The notes: a model not told the origin generated them from the sequence alone. A DNA stretch of 64,000 nucleotides from an uncultured virus (IMG/VR IMGVR_UViG_3300030109_004543) (IMGVR_UViG_3300030109_004543), one strand, 5' to 3'; positions 47,733 through 57,135 are shown, numbered from the stretch's first letter. A program made the numbers and translations.

Positions 47733-48661
47733 TGCCAATTAAAAAAACCAATAAGGGATGGTATTGGGGAAGTAAAGGCCCCTTCAACTCTAAAAAGAAA
47801 GCCCAAGAAGTTGCTCAAGCAGCTTACGCTTCAGGATATAAGAAGAGTTTCCAAGAAGGAAATATAACTAAATTAATAGAAAGTATTGTATATGACCTGA
47901 GAAAAGAAAATGGGGGAGGTTTTAACGGAAGTAGTGGTACAGTTTTTACTTCAACTAATTCAGGAATCTTTACTCCTACTTATGGTAGTTCAAAGTCAAC
48001 ACGCAGACGGAAAAAGAAAATCCGTGATAAAAGAAGTAAAGGTCAAGGATTAATAAGTGCTAAAAAAAGATCAGGAGTAGAAAGACTTCAAAGATGGATG
48101 TCTGATAGATCACCTGTAAAAAAATTAAAGAAGGATGTTGAAATATCTAAAGGTAATCAATCAGGAATTCTTACAGGAAGTTCTTCAGGGTATCAAACCC
48201 AACCTGTAAACAATCCTATGCGAATAGATTGGCAAAAACCCCATAAAGATATGATTAGACATAAAGAGGATGACACGCCTAAATATGTAGAGAGAGGAGA
48301 AGAAGACGATAAAAAACAAAATTTATCTGTTATAGAACAAAACGATTTTGAAAGGAAGGTAACTGAAATGGATGATGATAACAAAAGAAAAACTAGAGGA
48401 AGAGACACTAAAGAATTAGATAACGAAGCTTCTGCAGCTGCAGGAGTAATGCAGTTATCAAAACAACCAAATAAATTTGGTAATCCTCAAGATGATGAAT
48501 TGTTGCGAGGAGCAAAAAAAGACAAATCAAAACAAAATGGAAAGGTAAATTTAGAGTTAGATGCTAATAAGCCTTTACATTCAATTGAAAAAGCGTTAGA
48601 ATTAGCAGATAAAGATGGAATAAGCATCTTTGAAGCATTAAGAAAAATAGATAATGAGTAA
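47732..48661 (+). CDS. Charged protein with basic N-terminal module, possible internal head protein
   Basis: MPIKK..KGWYWGSKG...KKKA...AAYASGY. Confidence 0.65.
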   Translation: MPIKKTNKGWYWGSKGPFNSKKKAQEVAQAAYASGYKKSFQEGNITKLIESIVYDLRKENGGGFNGSSGTVFTSTNSGIFTPTYGSSKSTRRRKKKIRDKRSKGQGLISAKKRSGVERLQRWMSDRSPVKKLKKDVEISKGNQSGILTGSSSGYQTQPVNNPMRIDWQKPHKDMIRHKEDDTPKYVERGEEDDKKQNLSVIEQNDFERKVTEMDDDNKRKTRGRDTKELDNEASAAAGVMQLSKQPNKFGNPQDDELLRGAKKDKSKQNGKVNLELDANKPLHSIEKALELADKDGISIFEALRKIDNE

Positions 48662-48938
48662 TATTTTATCTAAACAGGAGTGCCCTAAATGTACAGGGAA
48701 AATGTTTCTAAATCAAGATAAAGATTTACAATGTTTATATTGTGGAAAAATAATAGTTTTAAAGATTAGGAGAAGTTATGATACCGGAAAAGGCAAAATC
48801 AGAGATAATAAGAAAACACGCAATGGGGGAGACTTGGACAGCCATAAGGAATTGGTTGGAAGAAGAGTATGGGGTGAAGGTTCACAGAACAACCATTTCA
48901 AGATGGCACGCAAAAGAGGTTTATTCAAGACCTATTAA
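48654..48938 (+). CDS. Zinc-ribbon protein (3' half overlaps next gene)
   Basis: CPKC...CLYCG. Confidence 0.55.
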   Translation: MSNILSKQECPKCTGKMFLNQDKDLQCLYCGKIIVLKIRRSYDTGKGKIRDNKKTRNGGDLDSHKELVGRRVWGEGSQNNHFKMARKRGLFKTY

Positions 48939-50112
48939 AGAAGAAGAAGATATAGAAATTGAAGTAAACCTATCCGAAGAAGACAGGATAAAATTAGATA
49001 AAAAAGTTATCACTCATAAAGCTGAATCTAAATACTTTAAAAAAATGTATGAGAAGGTTTTAAAAGAGAATACAAGAGTCGATCTTATCATAGAAGCTAT
49101 TCAAAATTATGCCCCTGCTTTTAAAAGTCATCCTAAAATTAAATACCCAAAACCCAAAGGAAAAGTAAGAGGGAAAAGTCCTGTAACAGCTATTGCTCCT
49201 TTGACTGATACTCACGTTGGAGATGTTGTTCGTGCTGATCAAATGTTAGGATTAAATGCTTATGACATAGATATCTTTAATAAAAGGTTATATGGATGGG
49301 CTGAACAAGTATTGAATCTAACTAACTTTCAAAGAACTCATACAGAAGTCACTCATTTAGTAATTCCAATGCTTGGAGATATGATTAGTGGGGATATACA
49401 TGATGAGTTAGCTAGAACAAATGCAGACAATAATTTAGGTCAAATGATTAGAGGAGCCAATTTAATATCTCAAGCTTTAATGTATTTAGCTCCACACTAC
49501 GAAGAAATAAGAGTTCCTTGTATTGTAGGTAATCATGGTCGTATGACTAGAAAGATACCTGCTAAAGATAAATATTTAGATTGGGATTACATGTTGTATC
49601 AATGGGTAGCAACTTTTTGTAGAAATCAAAAGAATATAAAGTTTGAAATACCTAAAAGTTTTGCTCATATCTTTGAAGCAGCAAACAGAAAATTCCTTAT
49701 TTTACATGGAGATTCTATAAGTGGTTCAGGAAGTTTAGTAGGAATGAATAACTCAGCTGCTAAATTAAGAGGAGTATTGCAATATAGGAAAGGTCTAGAA
49801 GAAGAAGTATCTAGGCTTAATATAGATAGTGCTGCTCCGATAGGATATGATTTTGATACTGTTATGATGGGACATTTTCATAGAGTAGATGAGATAGATA
49901 TTGGTACAGGAGAGTTATTTATATGTGGAACTATGAAAGGTGGAGACGAATATGCCCTAAATAGACTTCATTTAATATCTAAACCTAAACAAATCATTAC
50001 TTGGTGGCATCCTAAATATGGATATCTAAGCAAGAATATTATATATTTAAACCGATATGATTCAAGCGAAGAAGCTTTTGAAGATGTTTTACCTGAAATT
50101 TGGGCTGACTAG
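48778..50112 (+). CDS. Calcineurin-like metallophosphoesterase with N-terminal HTH
   Basis: DTHVG, GDMISG, GNHGR, HGD, GHFH. Confidence 0.85.
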   Translation: MIPEKAKSEIIRKHAMGETWTAIRNWLEEEYGVKVHRTTISRWHAKEVYSRPIKEEEDIEIEVNLSEEDRIKLDKKVITHKAESKYFKKMYEKVLKENTRVDLIIEAIQNYAPAFKSHPKIKYPKPKGKVRGKSPVTAIAPLTDTHVGDVVRADQMLGLNAYDIDIFNKRLYGWAEQVLNLTNFQRTHTEVTHLVIPMLGDMISGDIHDELARTNADNNLGQMIRGANLISQALMYLAPHYEEIRVPCIVGNHGRMTRKIPAKDKYLDWDYMLYQWVATFCRNQKNIKFEIPKSFAHIFEAANRKFLILHGDSISGSGSLVGMNNSAAKLRGVLQYRKGLEEEVSRLNIDSAAPIGYDFDTVMMGHFHRVDEIDIGTGELFICGTMKGGDEYALNRLHLISKPKQIITWWHPKYGYLSKNIIYLNRYDSSEEAFEDVLPEIWAD

Positions 50113-50133
50113 GGGAAAAACGACCACTTCATT

Positions 50134-50142
50134 AGTATAATA
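50134..50142 (+). promoter_or_regulatory. AGTATAATA putative late promoter motif
   Basis: Intergenic. Confidence 0.65.
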
Positions 50143-50156
50143 TACAAGAGGTGGAA

Positions 50157-50615
50157 ATGTCTTTAGATAAAGTTTTCAAAAACACATTCAATAGATTTAA
50201 AATTGATACTTTACAAAAGGTAAAGGAATCTGCCCCTGTAAAAAGTGGAAATCTCAGAGATTCGATATCTGTAGCAGGAACTTATCCTAAAGCTGTTATC
50301 TCTGTAGCTGCTCCTTATTCATCTGAAGTTAATAAGGGAGTAGGCGAAGATAGAAAATTTACAGGAGATTATACAGTAAATAGAAAAGCTTATCAAAGAA
50401 GAACTAAGAATGGAAGAACGTCTTATGTACCAGCTTCTTCCTACACTCTTAGGGATAAGAGACCTGTACAAGTATCTGAAGGTGTATTTAGAACTCTCTC
50501 TGAAGTAAAAGGCTCAGAGGGTTCAGGATTTATAGATAAACACCTTGAAGATGCTAGCGAAAGATATGAAAAAATCTTAAAAGAAGAATTAGCAAAGTAT
50601 TATAGAGTTAAATAA
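50157..50615 (+). CDS. HK97 gp10-like neck/tail-completion protein
   Basis: APVKSGNLRDSI...APYS..VN.G. Confidence 0.7.
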   Translation: MSLDKVFKNTFNRFKIDTLQKVKESAPVKSGNLRDSISVAGTYPKAVISVAAPYSSEVNKGVGEDRKFTGDYTVNRKAYQRRTKNGRTSYVPASSYTLRDKRPVQVSEGVFRTLSEVKGSEGSGFIDKHLEDASERYEKILKEELAKYYRVK

Positions 50616-50625
50616 GGAGAAAATT

Positions 50626-50838
50626 ATGGCAGAACCTATAAAAATTACACCTGATCAAGAATATATAATGTCTAGACATTCTAAAATGGTAGGAAAAGTT
50701 TTAGATTTAATAGAAGCTTCTATGCCTGAAGGCAATCAATGTGAAAAAATGAAGAAATTAATTCAGCAACCCTTATATGATTATCGAAATGAGATGTTAA
50801 AATTCATTTCCGATGGTCAAAAAGTAGAAGATAACTAG
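50626..50838 (+). CDS. Hypothetical protein
   Basis: 70 aa, AAGGAG RBS. Confidence 0.75.
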   Translation: MAEPIKITPDQEYIMSRHSKMVGKVLDLIEASMPEGNQCEKMKKLIQQPLYDYRNEMLKFISDGQKVEDN

Positions 50839-50877
50839 CTATTTCCTATTCAATTTGTGAAATTTTTCACTTTTCAT

Positions 50878-50886
50878 AGTATAATA
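50878..50886 (+). promoter_or_regulatory. AGTATAATA putative late promoter of the scaffold/capsid operon
   Basis: Intergenic, about 110 nt upstream of the scaffold ATG. Confidence 0.65.
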
Positions 50887-50997
50887 TAACTGAGGGGTAT
50901 TATACCCTTTATTTTATAAATTATATTTAACGAAGGCCGGGAGTGGCTTAGACCAGCTTTCCAATTAAATAGTTAAGTTTTGGAATGGAGGAAACTT

Positions 50998-51849
50998 ATG
51001 TCCGATGAAATCTTAGCGAATCTAGAAAAACACATGGAAGGCAATCAGCTAGCTCTTGCTGCTGTAGCAGAAGTGTTACAAAAGATGGATGCTCGATTAC
51101 TGAAAGAAGAAGAAGACGAAGAAGAGAAAGAAATGGAAAAGGCAGCTGAAGCTGAACAAGATGCTTTAGTGAAGTCCGTTACTAATAGTGTTATCTCTGC
51201 GTTAAAAGCAGATCAAGGTATGGATGTAGATGGTGATAAAACTAGATCAGCCTCACAAGGCCCAGCAGGCCAAGCTGACGAAGAAAAACCAGCTAATCCT
51301 ACTACAAAAATAGAAGATCAGCAAGCAACAATTCAAGCTATGCAAAAAGCTGATGACGAAGAAGATGACGAAGATGCTGAAAAAGCAAGAATGAAAGCAG
51401 ATGATGGAATGAAAATGAAAGCAGATGACGACAAAGAAGAAGACGATGATGAAAAAGAAATGGCAAAAGCTAAAGCCATGGGTGATGACGATGACGATGA
51501 TGACGACATGGAAAAAGCTGAAGACGACACAATAACAGCAATGAGAAAAGAACTTGATGCACTTAAAAAACAATTAGGTGATGCAGAGTCTAATATCGAA
51601 AAAGCTGTTCAGGAAGAGTCTGAAAGCCGATTAAGAAAAATGGGATTCAGAGAAGAAACTTCTCTACAAGCCCCTAAACTTACTCATCCACTAGGAACAG
51701 ATGGTACTACACCTATCGTAAAAGGAGATAATCCTGAGAATACTGTAGACCAACTTGCTTCTCTTTCTTATAAAGAATTGAGAGACTTACAAAGTAAAAT
51801 TGAAATGGGCGATACCGATGGTGTTCCAAGAGAACTAATTGGTAAATAA
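50998..51849 (+). CDS. Capsid scaffolding protein
   Basis: Acidic coiled-coil directly upstream of the capsid gene, many x-x-KA/KS motifs; ATG after GGAGG. Confidence 0.75.
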   Translation: MSDEILANLEKHMEGNQLALAAVAEVLQKMDARLLKEEEDEEEKEMEKAAEAEQDALVKSVTNSVISALKADQGMDVDGDKTRSASQGPAGQADEEKPANPTTKIEDQQATIQAMQKADDEEDDEDAEKARMKADDGMKMKADDDKEEDDDEKEMAKAKAMGDDDDDDDDMEKAEDDTITAMRKELDALKKQLGDAESNIEKAVQEESESRLRKMGFREETSLQAPKLTHPLGTDGTTPIVKGDNPENTVDQLASLSYKELRDLQSKIEMGDTDGVPRELIGK

Positions 51850-51906
51850 TCATTACAATTTTTAATTATTTTATAAACACAGAAAAAACATGAGGAAATA
51901 AATATT

Positions 51907-53247
51907 ATGGCAAATCCATCCTTATCAGAATACGTTTCCCAAAGTCAAAGAGGCTTATACTCTTCAGTATTTGGCCCTGAATACTTAATGAAACAGACCT
52001 ACTTTACTGTAGATACTGCAACAGGCATATTCAATACGACTTACGGAAGAAAAGTATGGCAAGCTTTGAACAACCAAACTCGTGCTTTTAATGCAATACC
52101 AAGAACTGTATGGGGTAATACAGCTGGTTGGAGAATCAGAACTGACAGAGGTTCAGGAAGATCACGACCTGTAACAGAAACAGGTTCTCTACCTACTGTT
52201 GACGTTTCAAATATAGAAAGCGTCAGCTCCCTACCAAAGATTGTATCAACAACCTTTGGAGCATCAGTCAAGTCCGTATTTACTGCCCAATTAGAAGGTG
52301 GTGTAGGTGACGTATTAGCATTAGAAAACGAAAATGCTCAACTTGACCATGTAAAAGAAATGAACCAAGAATTATTAGCTGGTTCTGCATACCAATTATC
52401 AGGTGGTTCAACTACCACATCGGTACTTGGTTCAAACTCAACTGAAGCAGCCCACTTTAAAGTAGGCGACACAGTAGCTTTCTACGATGCTTCAGCTACA
52501 GCTAACATTAAAACAGACGCTAGTGTAACAGTATCTAGCGTATCTTCAGCAACAATTACTCACGGAGCTGCAGGTGTAACCCTAGCAGACGGAGACGTTA
52601 TTTTCGCTTTGAGAAGAGCTGGAATAACTTCCCTTGATGACATTGTGTCCGAAGATGGAATGGCAGTAGGTGGTGTAAATGCTTCACCTTCAGCTTATGA
52701 CTTAACAGTCGCAGGAAGAACAGCTGGGCAATGGAATGCAGCAGCTAGTGCTTCTTACAATAGTGGTACAGGAAGAGATTTATCTCTAAACCTTTTAGAT
52801 ACTGCTATCCAAAAAATCAGAACTAATGGTGGTGAACCTAAAGTAATCATCATGGGTCATGATCAGTACTTCAAGCTAGAGAGATTATTAAACTCTCAAC
52901 AGAGGTATATGGGACAAGAAGAATACCAAGTTGGTGTCGGATCAGAAAAGACTTTCCCCGGTACTAGAACAGGTCTTGTTCTTGCAACTTATCAGGGTAT
53001 TCCAATACTACCTGATGCAGATACTCCGAAGTCAATTAACTCTTCAGATACTGCTTTAGGTTCAAACGTTTACGTTTTGGATACCGACTATCTCGAAATC
53101 GCTATAGCTCAACCTACTCAGTATGTTGAGAATAGAGACTACTTCGCAGCCAATGCTTTGGTTGTAAGAGGTCTTCTTTACACTATGGGTGAAATGAGAT
53201 GTCACAACTTCTTTGTACAAGCAAAGATTGCTGACTTAAACAGCTAA
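51907..53247 (+). CDS. Major capsid protein (HK97 fold) with inserted beta domain
   Basis: Position; LLDTAIQKI...G.P.VIIM, YQGIPILPD, VYVLDT...GEM; followed by a strong terminator. Confidence 0.85.
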   Translation: MANPSLSEYVSQSQRGLYSSVFGPEYLMKQTYFTVDTATGIFNTTYGRKVWQALNNQTRAFNAIPRTVWGNTAGWRIRTDRGSGRSRPVTETGSLPTVDVSNIESVSSLPKIVSTTFGASVKSVFTAQLEGGVGDVLALENENAQLDHVKEMNQELLAGSAYQLSGGSTTTSVLGSNSTEAAHFKVGDTVAFYDASATANIKTDASVTVSSVSSATITHGAAGVTLADGDVIFALRRAGITSLDDIVSEDGMAVGGVNASPSAYDLTVAGRTAGQWNAAASASYNSGTGRDLSLNLLDTAIQKIRTNGGEPKVIIMGHDQYFKLERLLNSQQRYMGQEEYQVGVGSEKTFPGTRTGLVLATYQGIPILPDADTPKSINSSDTALGSNVYVLDTDYLEIAIAQPTQYVENRDYFAANALVVRGLLYTMGEMRCHNFFVQAKIADLNS

Positions 53248-53254
53248 AACATAT

Positions 53255-53298
53255 TTTATAAGGGGTGGAATTGATCTACCCCTTATAAATATCTTTTT
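53255..53298 (+). terminator. Intrinsic terminator after the capsid gene
   Basis: tttataaggggtgga / tctaccccttataaa stem followed by a T-rich tract. Confidence 0.8.
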
Positions 53299-53337
53299 AT
53301 TAATAAAAATTTAACCTTAAATATTAGGGGGAAATAA

Positions 53338-54132
53338 ATGGCATTATCAATAACAACGTCATCTAATGGAGTAGACTATCCATCAGGAGTTATAGGTGAC
53401 TTAAAATATAAGGTAATTGAGATTACATTTGACTCTTCATACGCTACAGGTGGTGAATCACTAACTGCTAGCGACATTGGATTTGATCAAATTGTATTAG
53501 CTCAAATAGAACCTACTGATGGAATGAAATTTGCTTATGACTATACAAACAGTAAAGTAAAAGCTTATGGAGTAGCTCCTCTTCCTGTAAAAATAAAAGA
53601 TGACGATTCAGCAGCTTCTAATGGAGTAGCTGTATATGCTCATATTGATACAATAGGAACAGATGCAGATAGAAAAATAGCTCATTTAGAATCAACTACA
53701 GCTAATAACGCTACTGTTTACTTTACAGGTACTTCTTCCAATAGTGCTACAGGTACTATGTGGGATGATGACGCAGCTTCTACTAATGGACTTCAAGTCT
53801 ATGTAGACGAGAATGGAGATACTGATTTATCAGGAGCTAAGTTCTTAGTCGATAACGACACTACAGAAACTGACTTATATGTTCCTTTGAGTGATGGTTC
53901 TTATTTAACTTTGTTCAATGACGACTCTGCTTCATCTAATGGAGTAGCTGTTTACTTTGATGACAATGCTTCTAACACTTATGATAAGTGGCTCTTGGTA
54001 ACACCAAGTAACGCTGATGTATCCGTTCATACATCTACAGTAGTAAGTGATAGATCAGAATCAGCTGAAGTACAAGCAACAGGAAACTTGTCATTACAGA
54101 CCAGCATAAGAGCTTTTATACTAGGTCATTAA
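53338..54132 (+). CDS. Head decoration protein with internal repeats
   Basis: FDSSYATGGESL decoration-like N-terminus; DDDSAASNGVAVY-like unit three times. Confidence 0.65.
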   Translation: MALSITTSSNGVDYPSGVIGDLKYKVIEITFDSSYATGGESLTASDIGFDQIVLAQIEPTDGMKFAYDYTNSKVKAYGVAPLPVKIKDDDSAASNGVAVYAHIDTIGTDADRKIAHLESTTANNATVYFTGTSSNSATGTMWDDDAASTNGLQVYVDENGDTDLSGAKFLVDNDTTETDLYVPLSDGSYLTLFNDDSASSNGVAVYFDDNASNTYDKWLLVTPSNADVSVHTSTVVSDRSESAEVQATGNLSLQTSIRAFILGH

Positions 54133-54145
54133 TAATTAATTTAGA

Positions 54146-54192
54146 GTATTGTATTGAATCATCAATGTAATCGTTGGTGATTCAAACAGTAC
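54146..54192 (+). other. Long RNA hairpin (about 21-bp stem with G-U pairs)
   Basis: gtattgt-a-ttgaatcatcaatg / taat / cgttggtgattcaa-acagtac. Confidence 0.7.
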
Positions 54193-54217
54193 ATATTTAT
54201 ATATATGAGGAGATCAA

Positions 54218-55168
54218 ATGTCCGAATTTAATTTTTCAGAGGGTTGGCATGGTTGGGAAAGAGACCCAAGCACTAGGACTAGTGTACATGCTATCACTAA
54301 ATACTATCCCTTTAGAGCTGCAACTTCTACAACTGCTTCGACTCTTTTTACTGTAGACAGAGGAATACCTTCTGTAAATTTGGTAACTAACCCAAGAATC
54401 GAAGATTCAGGTATTACTATGTATACTGCTACAGGCTCTGCTATCTCAAGAGATACAGGACAGTCGTCTTCAGGAGCAGCTTCCTTACTAGTTAATCCTG
54501 CAAACTCAGCAGCAGGAGAAGGCTTCTATTGGACATCAGATACATTAGCAGCTAATTATAATCAAGGGGAAAGCTTTCTAATGGCTACTTGTGAAGTCAG
54601 AGGGGCTTCTGCAAGTGGAACTGTACATATACAGATACAGGATTCAAGTGGAACTGCTTTAGCTACATCAGATACACATAGCTTAACTACAGGTTTCGTT
54701 AAAATATCAGTAGTTTATAAGCTACCTAAAACAAGTGACCCAGCAGCTTACAGAATAGCTGTTTTATCACAAACTCAACACAATATAAATTGGTATACAG
54801 ATAAAATTCATGTAGAACAAAGAGCAGATGGAAACGTAGTTGACTATGTTGACGGAGCTCAAGGACTTAATTATGAGTGGGAAGGAACAGCTGAAACAAC
54901 TAAATCAAGAAGAAGAGCTGGAATTGAAGTAATAAGAGGAATTTTTATTAGAAATGAATCTACTACAGCAGCTGATATAGTATATGTGGCTTTAGATCAA
55001 ACAGCTACAACAGCGACAGGAATATCAATCCCCGGTGCTGCAGCAAATGCAGGCCCCAACGAGTTTTACTCACAATGGCCATTAGACTTTAGGAATAAAG
55101 TTTCGGTCATAGCAGCCCAAAATACTCCCACAGTTAGTGGAGTTGTTTGGGGAATTCATTCAGGATAA
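54218..55168 (+). CDS. Structural protein with inserted carbohydrate-binding-module-like domain
   Basis: NLVTNPRIE...WYTDKIHVEQ...YVDG...WEG insert; C-terminus resembles 12442..12765. Confidence 0.6.
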   Translation: MSEFNFSEGWHGWERDPSTRTSVHAITKYYPFRAATSTTASTLFTVDRGIPSVNLVTNPRIEDSGITMYTATGSAISRDTGQSSSGAASLLVNPANSAAGEGFYWTSDTLAANYNQGESFLMATCEVRGASASGTVHIQIQDSSGTALATSDTHSLTTGFVKISVVYKLPKTSDPAAYRIAVLSQTQHNINWYTDKIHVEQRADGNVVDYVDGAQGLNYEWEGTAETTKSRRRAGIEVIRGIFIRNESTTAADIVYVALDQTATTATGISIPGAAANAGPNEFYSQWPLDFRNKVSVIAAQNTPTVSGVVWGIHSG

Positions 55169-55183
55169 TAAGGAGAATAATTT

Positions 55184-55648
55184 ATGGCTTCAACAATTTC
55201 AGCAGCGACATTAACAGTAACAATTACTGAAGCAGTAACCTTAAATGGTTACGATCAAGGCTCGTCAAACAGCTTAACTATATCTAGTGTTAACGAAGTA
55301 ATGAAAAGAATTGTAACTTGTACAGCGAGTCAAACTACAACTCTTGTAACTTTCGCTGCTAGTGTACATACATCAGTACATGCATTAGATGTGGAAGATA
55401 CTAAATATATTAGAATAACAAATAAAGATGATACCAATGCAATAGAACTAGCTGTAGTCGGAGCAGCAACATTATATCAAGTAGAGCTTGGAGCAGGGGA
55501 AAGCCATATATTGGGCAATCCTGATGCTGTAATGTTAGCTGAAGCTGATACAAGCCCAAGTTTTGGAACAATGGCAGACATAGCTAGTATTCAAGTAAAC
55601 CCCGGTGGCAATGCTGTAGATGTAGAACTATTTGTAGCTAGTGCATAA
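55184..55648 (+). CDS. Putative structural protein
   Basis: Beta-rich, KYIRITNKDDTN...VDVELFVASA; in head cluster. Confidence 0.65.
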   Translation: MASTISAATLTVTITEAVTLNGYDQGSSNSLTISSVNEVMKRIVTCTASQTTTLVTFAASVHTSVHALDVEDTKYIRITNKDDTNAIELAVVGAATLYQVELGAGESHILGNPDAVMLAEADTSPSFGTMADIASIQVNPGGNAVDVELFVASA

Positions 55649-55660
55649 AGGAAATAAATT

Positions 55661-56983
55661 ATGACAACTGAAATAGATAAAGATACTTGGTCTAAAGCTT
55701 TATACCAATTCGTAGAAGATGATGCTGAAATCCTTCCATTAGAGAAAGCAACTGATGGAAGAACTACAATGGATGAAATTGGGGGAGCTTTAGAAGAATA
55801 TAAAAAATTATTTAAAGCAGGAATAGCCTCGAAAGCTGAGATATTAACTCTATCAAGAGCTTTTCCTGATAGCCCTGAATATACCGAAGCTGCTAAACCT
55901 CTCCTAGATGGAGAACCTATGGTAGTTGGAGGACCGGCCTCTGTTGAATTAATCGATAGAGAAGGTCATATGATTACTTCAAATGCTTTAAAGAAAGCTT
56001 TTGGAAACTATATGAAGAGTTTTAGAACTAGAAATGCAATGGTTTTACACTCTGATGTTCAAGTAGGATGGTGTTTACCTGCTTATATAAGCAAAGGTGG
56101 ACAGATATTTAAAAGTGGTGTAGACGATAAAGGCTTGTTCTTTGTCTGTGAAATAAGAGATGATACTCGAATTGCTAAGAGAGTCATGGAACAAGTAAAC
56201 GAAGGAAAGCTAAAAAGCTATTCCATTGCAGGAAGTGCTACTAAAATAGAAAATGTACAGAAAGGTTTAGTACCATATATGAGAGTAGATGATATGGAAC
56301 TAGCTGAAGTAACTGTATGTGAAAAGGGTGTTAATCAATCAGCTTCTTTTGATTTATTGAAAGCTGAGGAAGACGAGAAAGAGAATGCAAAGGAAACTCA
56401 GGAAGAAATAAAAATAAAAATACCTGAGCTTAAAAAAGAACTATTTTTTAAATCAGATACTGAAATAGACTTCTTAACTACCTTTGTAAATTATAATGAT
56501 ACTATTATAAACAAGGCTAAAGACCCTTTAACATCTAAAGAAGCTTTCACTACTCTACACAATTATGGGGGAAGAGTGGAAGAACACAACGAATTATTAG
56601 ATAGAATGAAATTTCCTGATGAATTAGCCCCTGAAACATTAAGATATGCAACTGTAATACATGGAAAACAAAGCAAAGATGGGAAAAATATAGTATCTTA
56701 TAAACCCGGAATTGTAAATCAAGCAGGTGAAATGCTTGGAGATAAACATGATGAAGATGCTTCAACTTTTAAAACAAGTGATAAAAACAAATCTAGAAAA
56801 AAAGCAAATACAATCTCAATAACTAAAACCTTTCTAGAATTTGAAAAGAGATTTAAGAAGAAGAAGAAATCTAAGAAAGCAGGTATAGGAAATCTTGGCT
56901 GGGCTGCAGGAATATTAGCTGGTCTAGCTGCCCCTATAGCCCCTAAATACAATCCGGAAACATCGAGTTTTGAATGGAACTAA
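55661..56983 (+). CDS. Prohead maturation protease (HK97 family) with long extensions
   Basis: ASVELIDREGH.I...H....VG...GKLKSYSIAG...LAEVTVC..GVNQ.A.F. Confidence 0.85.
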   Translation: MTTEIDKDTWSKALYQFVEDDAEILPLEKATDGRTTMDEIGGALEEYKKLFKAGIASKAEILTLSRAFPDSPEYTEAAKPLLDGEPMVVGGPASVELIDREGHMITSNALKKAFGNYMKSFRTRNAMVLHSDVQVGWCLPAYISKGGQIFKSGVDDKGLFFVCEIRDDTRIAKRVMEQVNEGKLKSYSIAGSATKIENVQKGLVPYMRVDDMELAEVTVCEKGVNQSASFDLLKAEEDEKENAKETQEEIKIKIPELKKELFFKSDTEIDFLTTFVNYNDTIINKAKDPLTSKEAFTTLHNYGGRVEEHNELLDRMKFPDELAPETLRYATVIHGKQSKDGKNIVSYKPGIVNQAGEMLGDKHDEDASTFKTSDKNKSRKKANTISITKTFLEFEKRFKKKKKSKKAGIGNLGWAAGILAGLAAPIAPKYNPETSSFEWN

Positions 56984-57135
56984 CCATGTGGGCAGTAACA
57001 GATGATTATATGGCTCTCGCAGAGTGTGATTTAGGAGTTTGCAGTATAGACCATTGTATGTGGGAATGCGAATTTGAATGTATAGAAAATAGTATAAATG
57101 AAGAATGTAATTGTATGTGGGAAGGAGTATTATGA
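56974..57135 (+). CDS. Small acidic Cys-rich protein, 53 aa
   Basis: Hand-translated; 7 Cys; stop overlaps next ATG; weak RBS. Confidence 0.45.
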   Translation: MELTMWAVTDDYMALAECDLGVCSIDHCMWECEFECIENSINEECNCMWEGVL

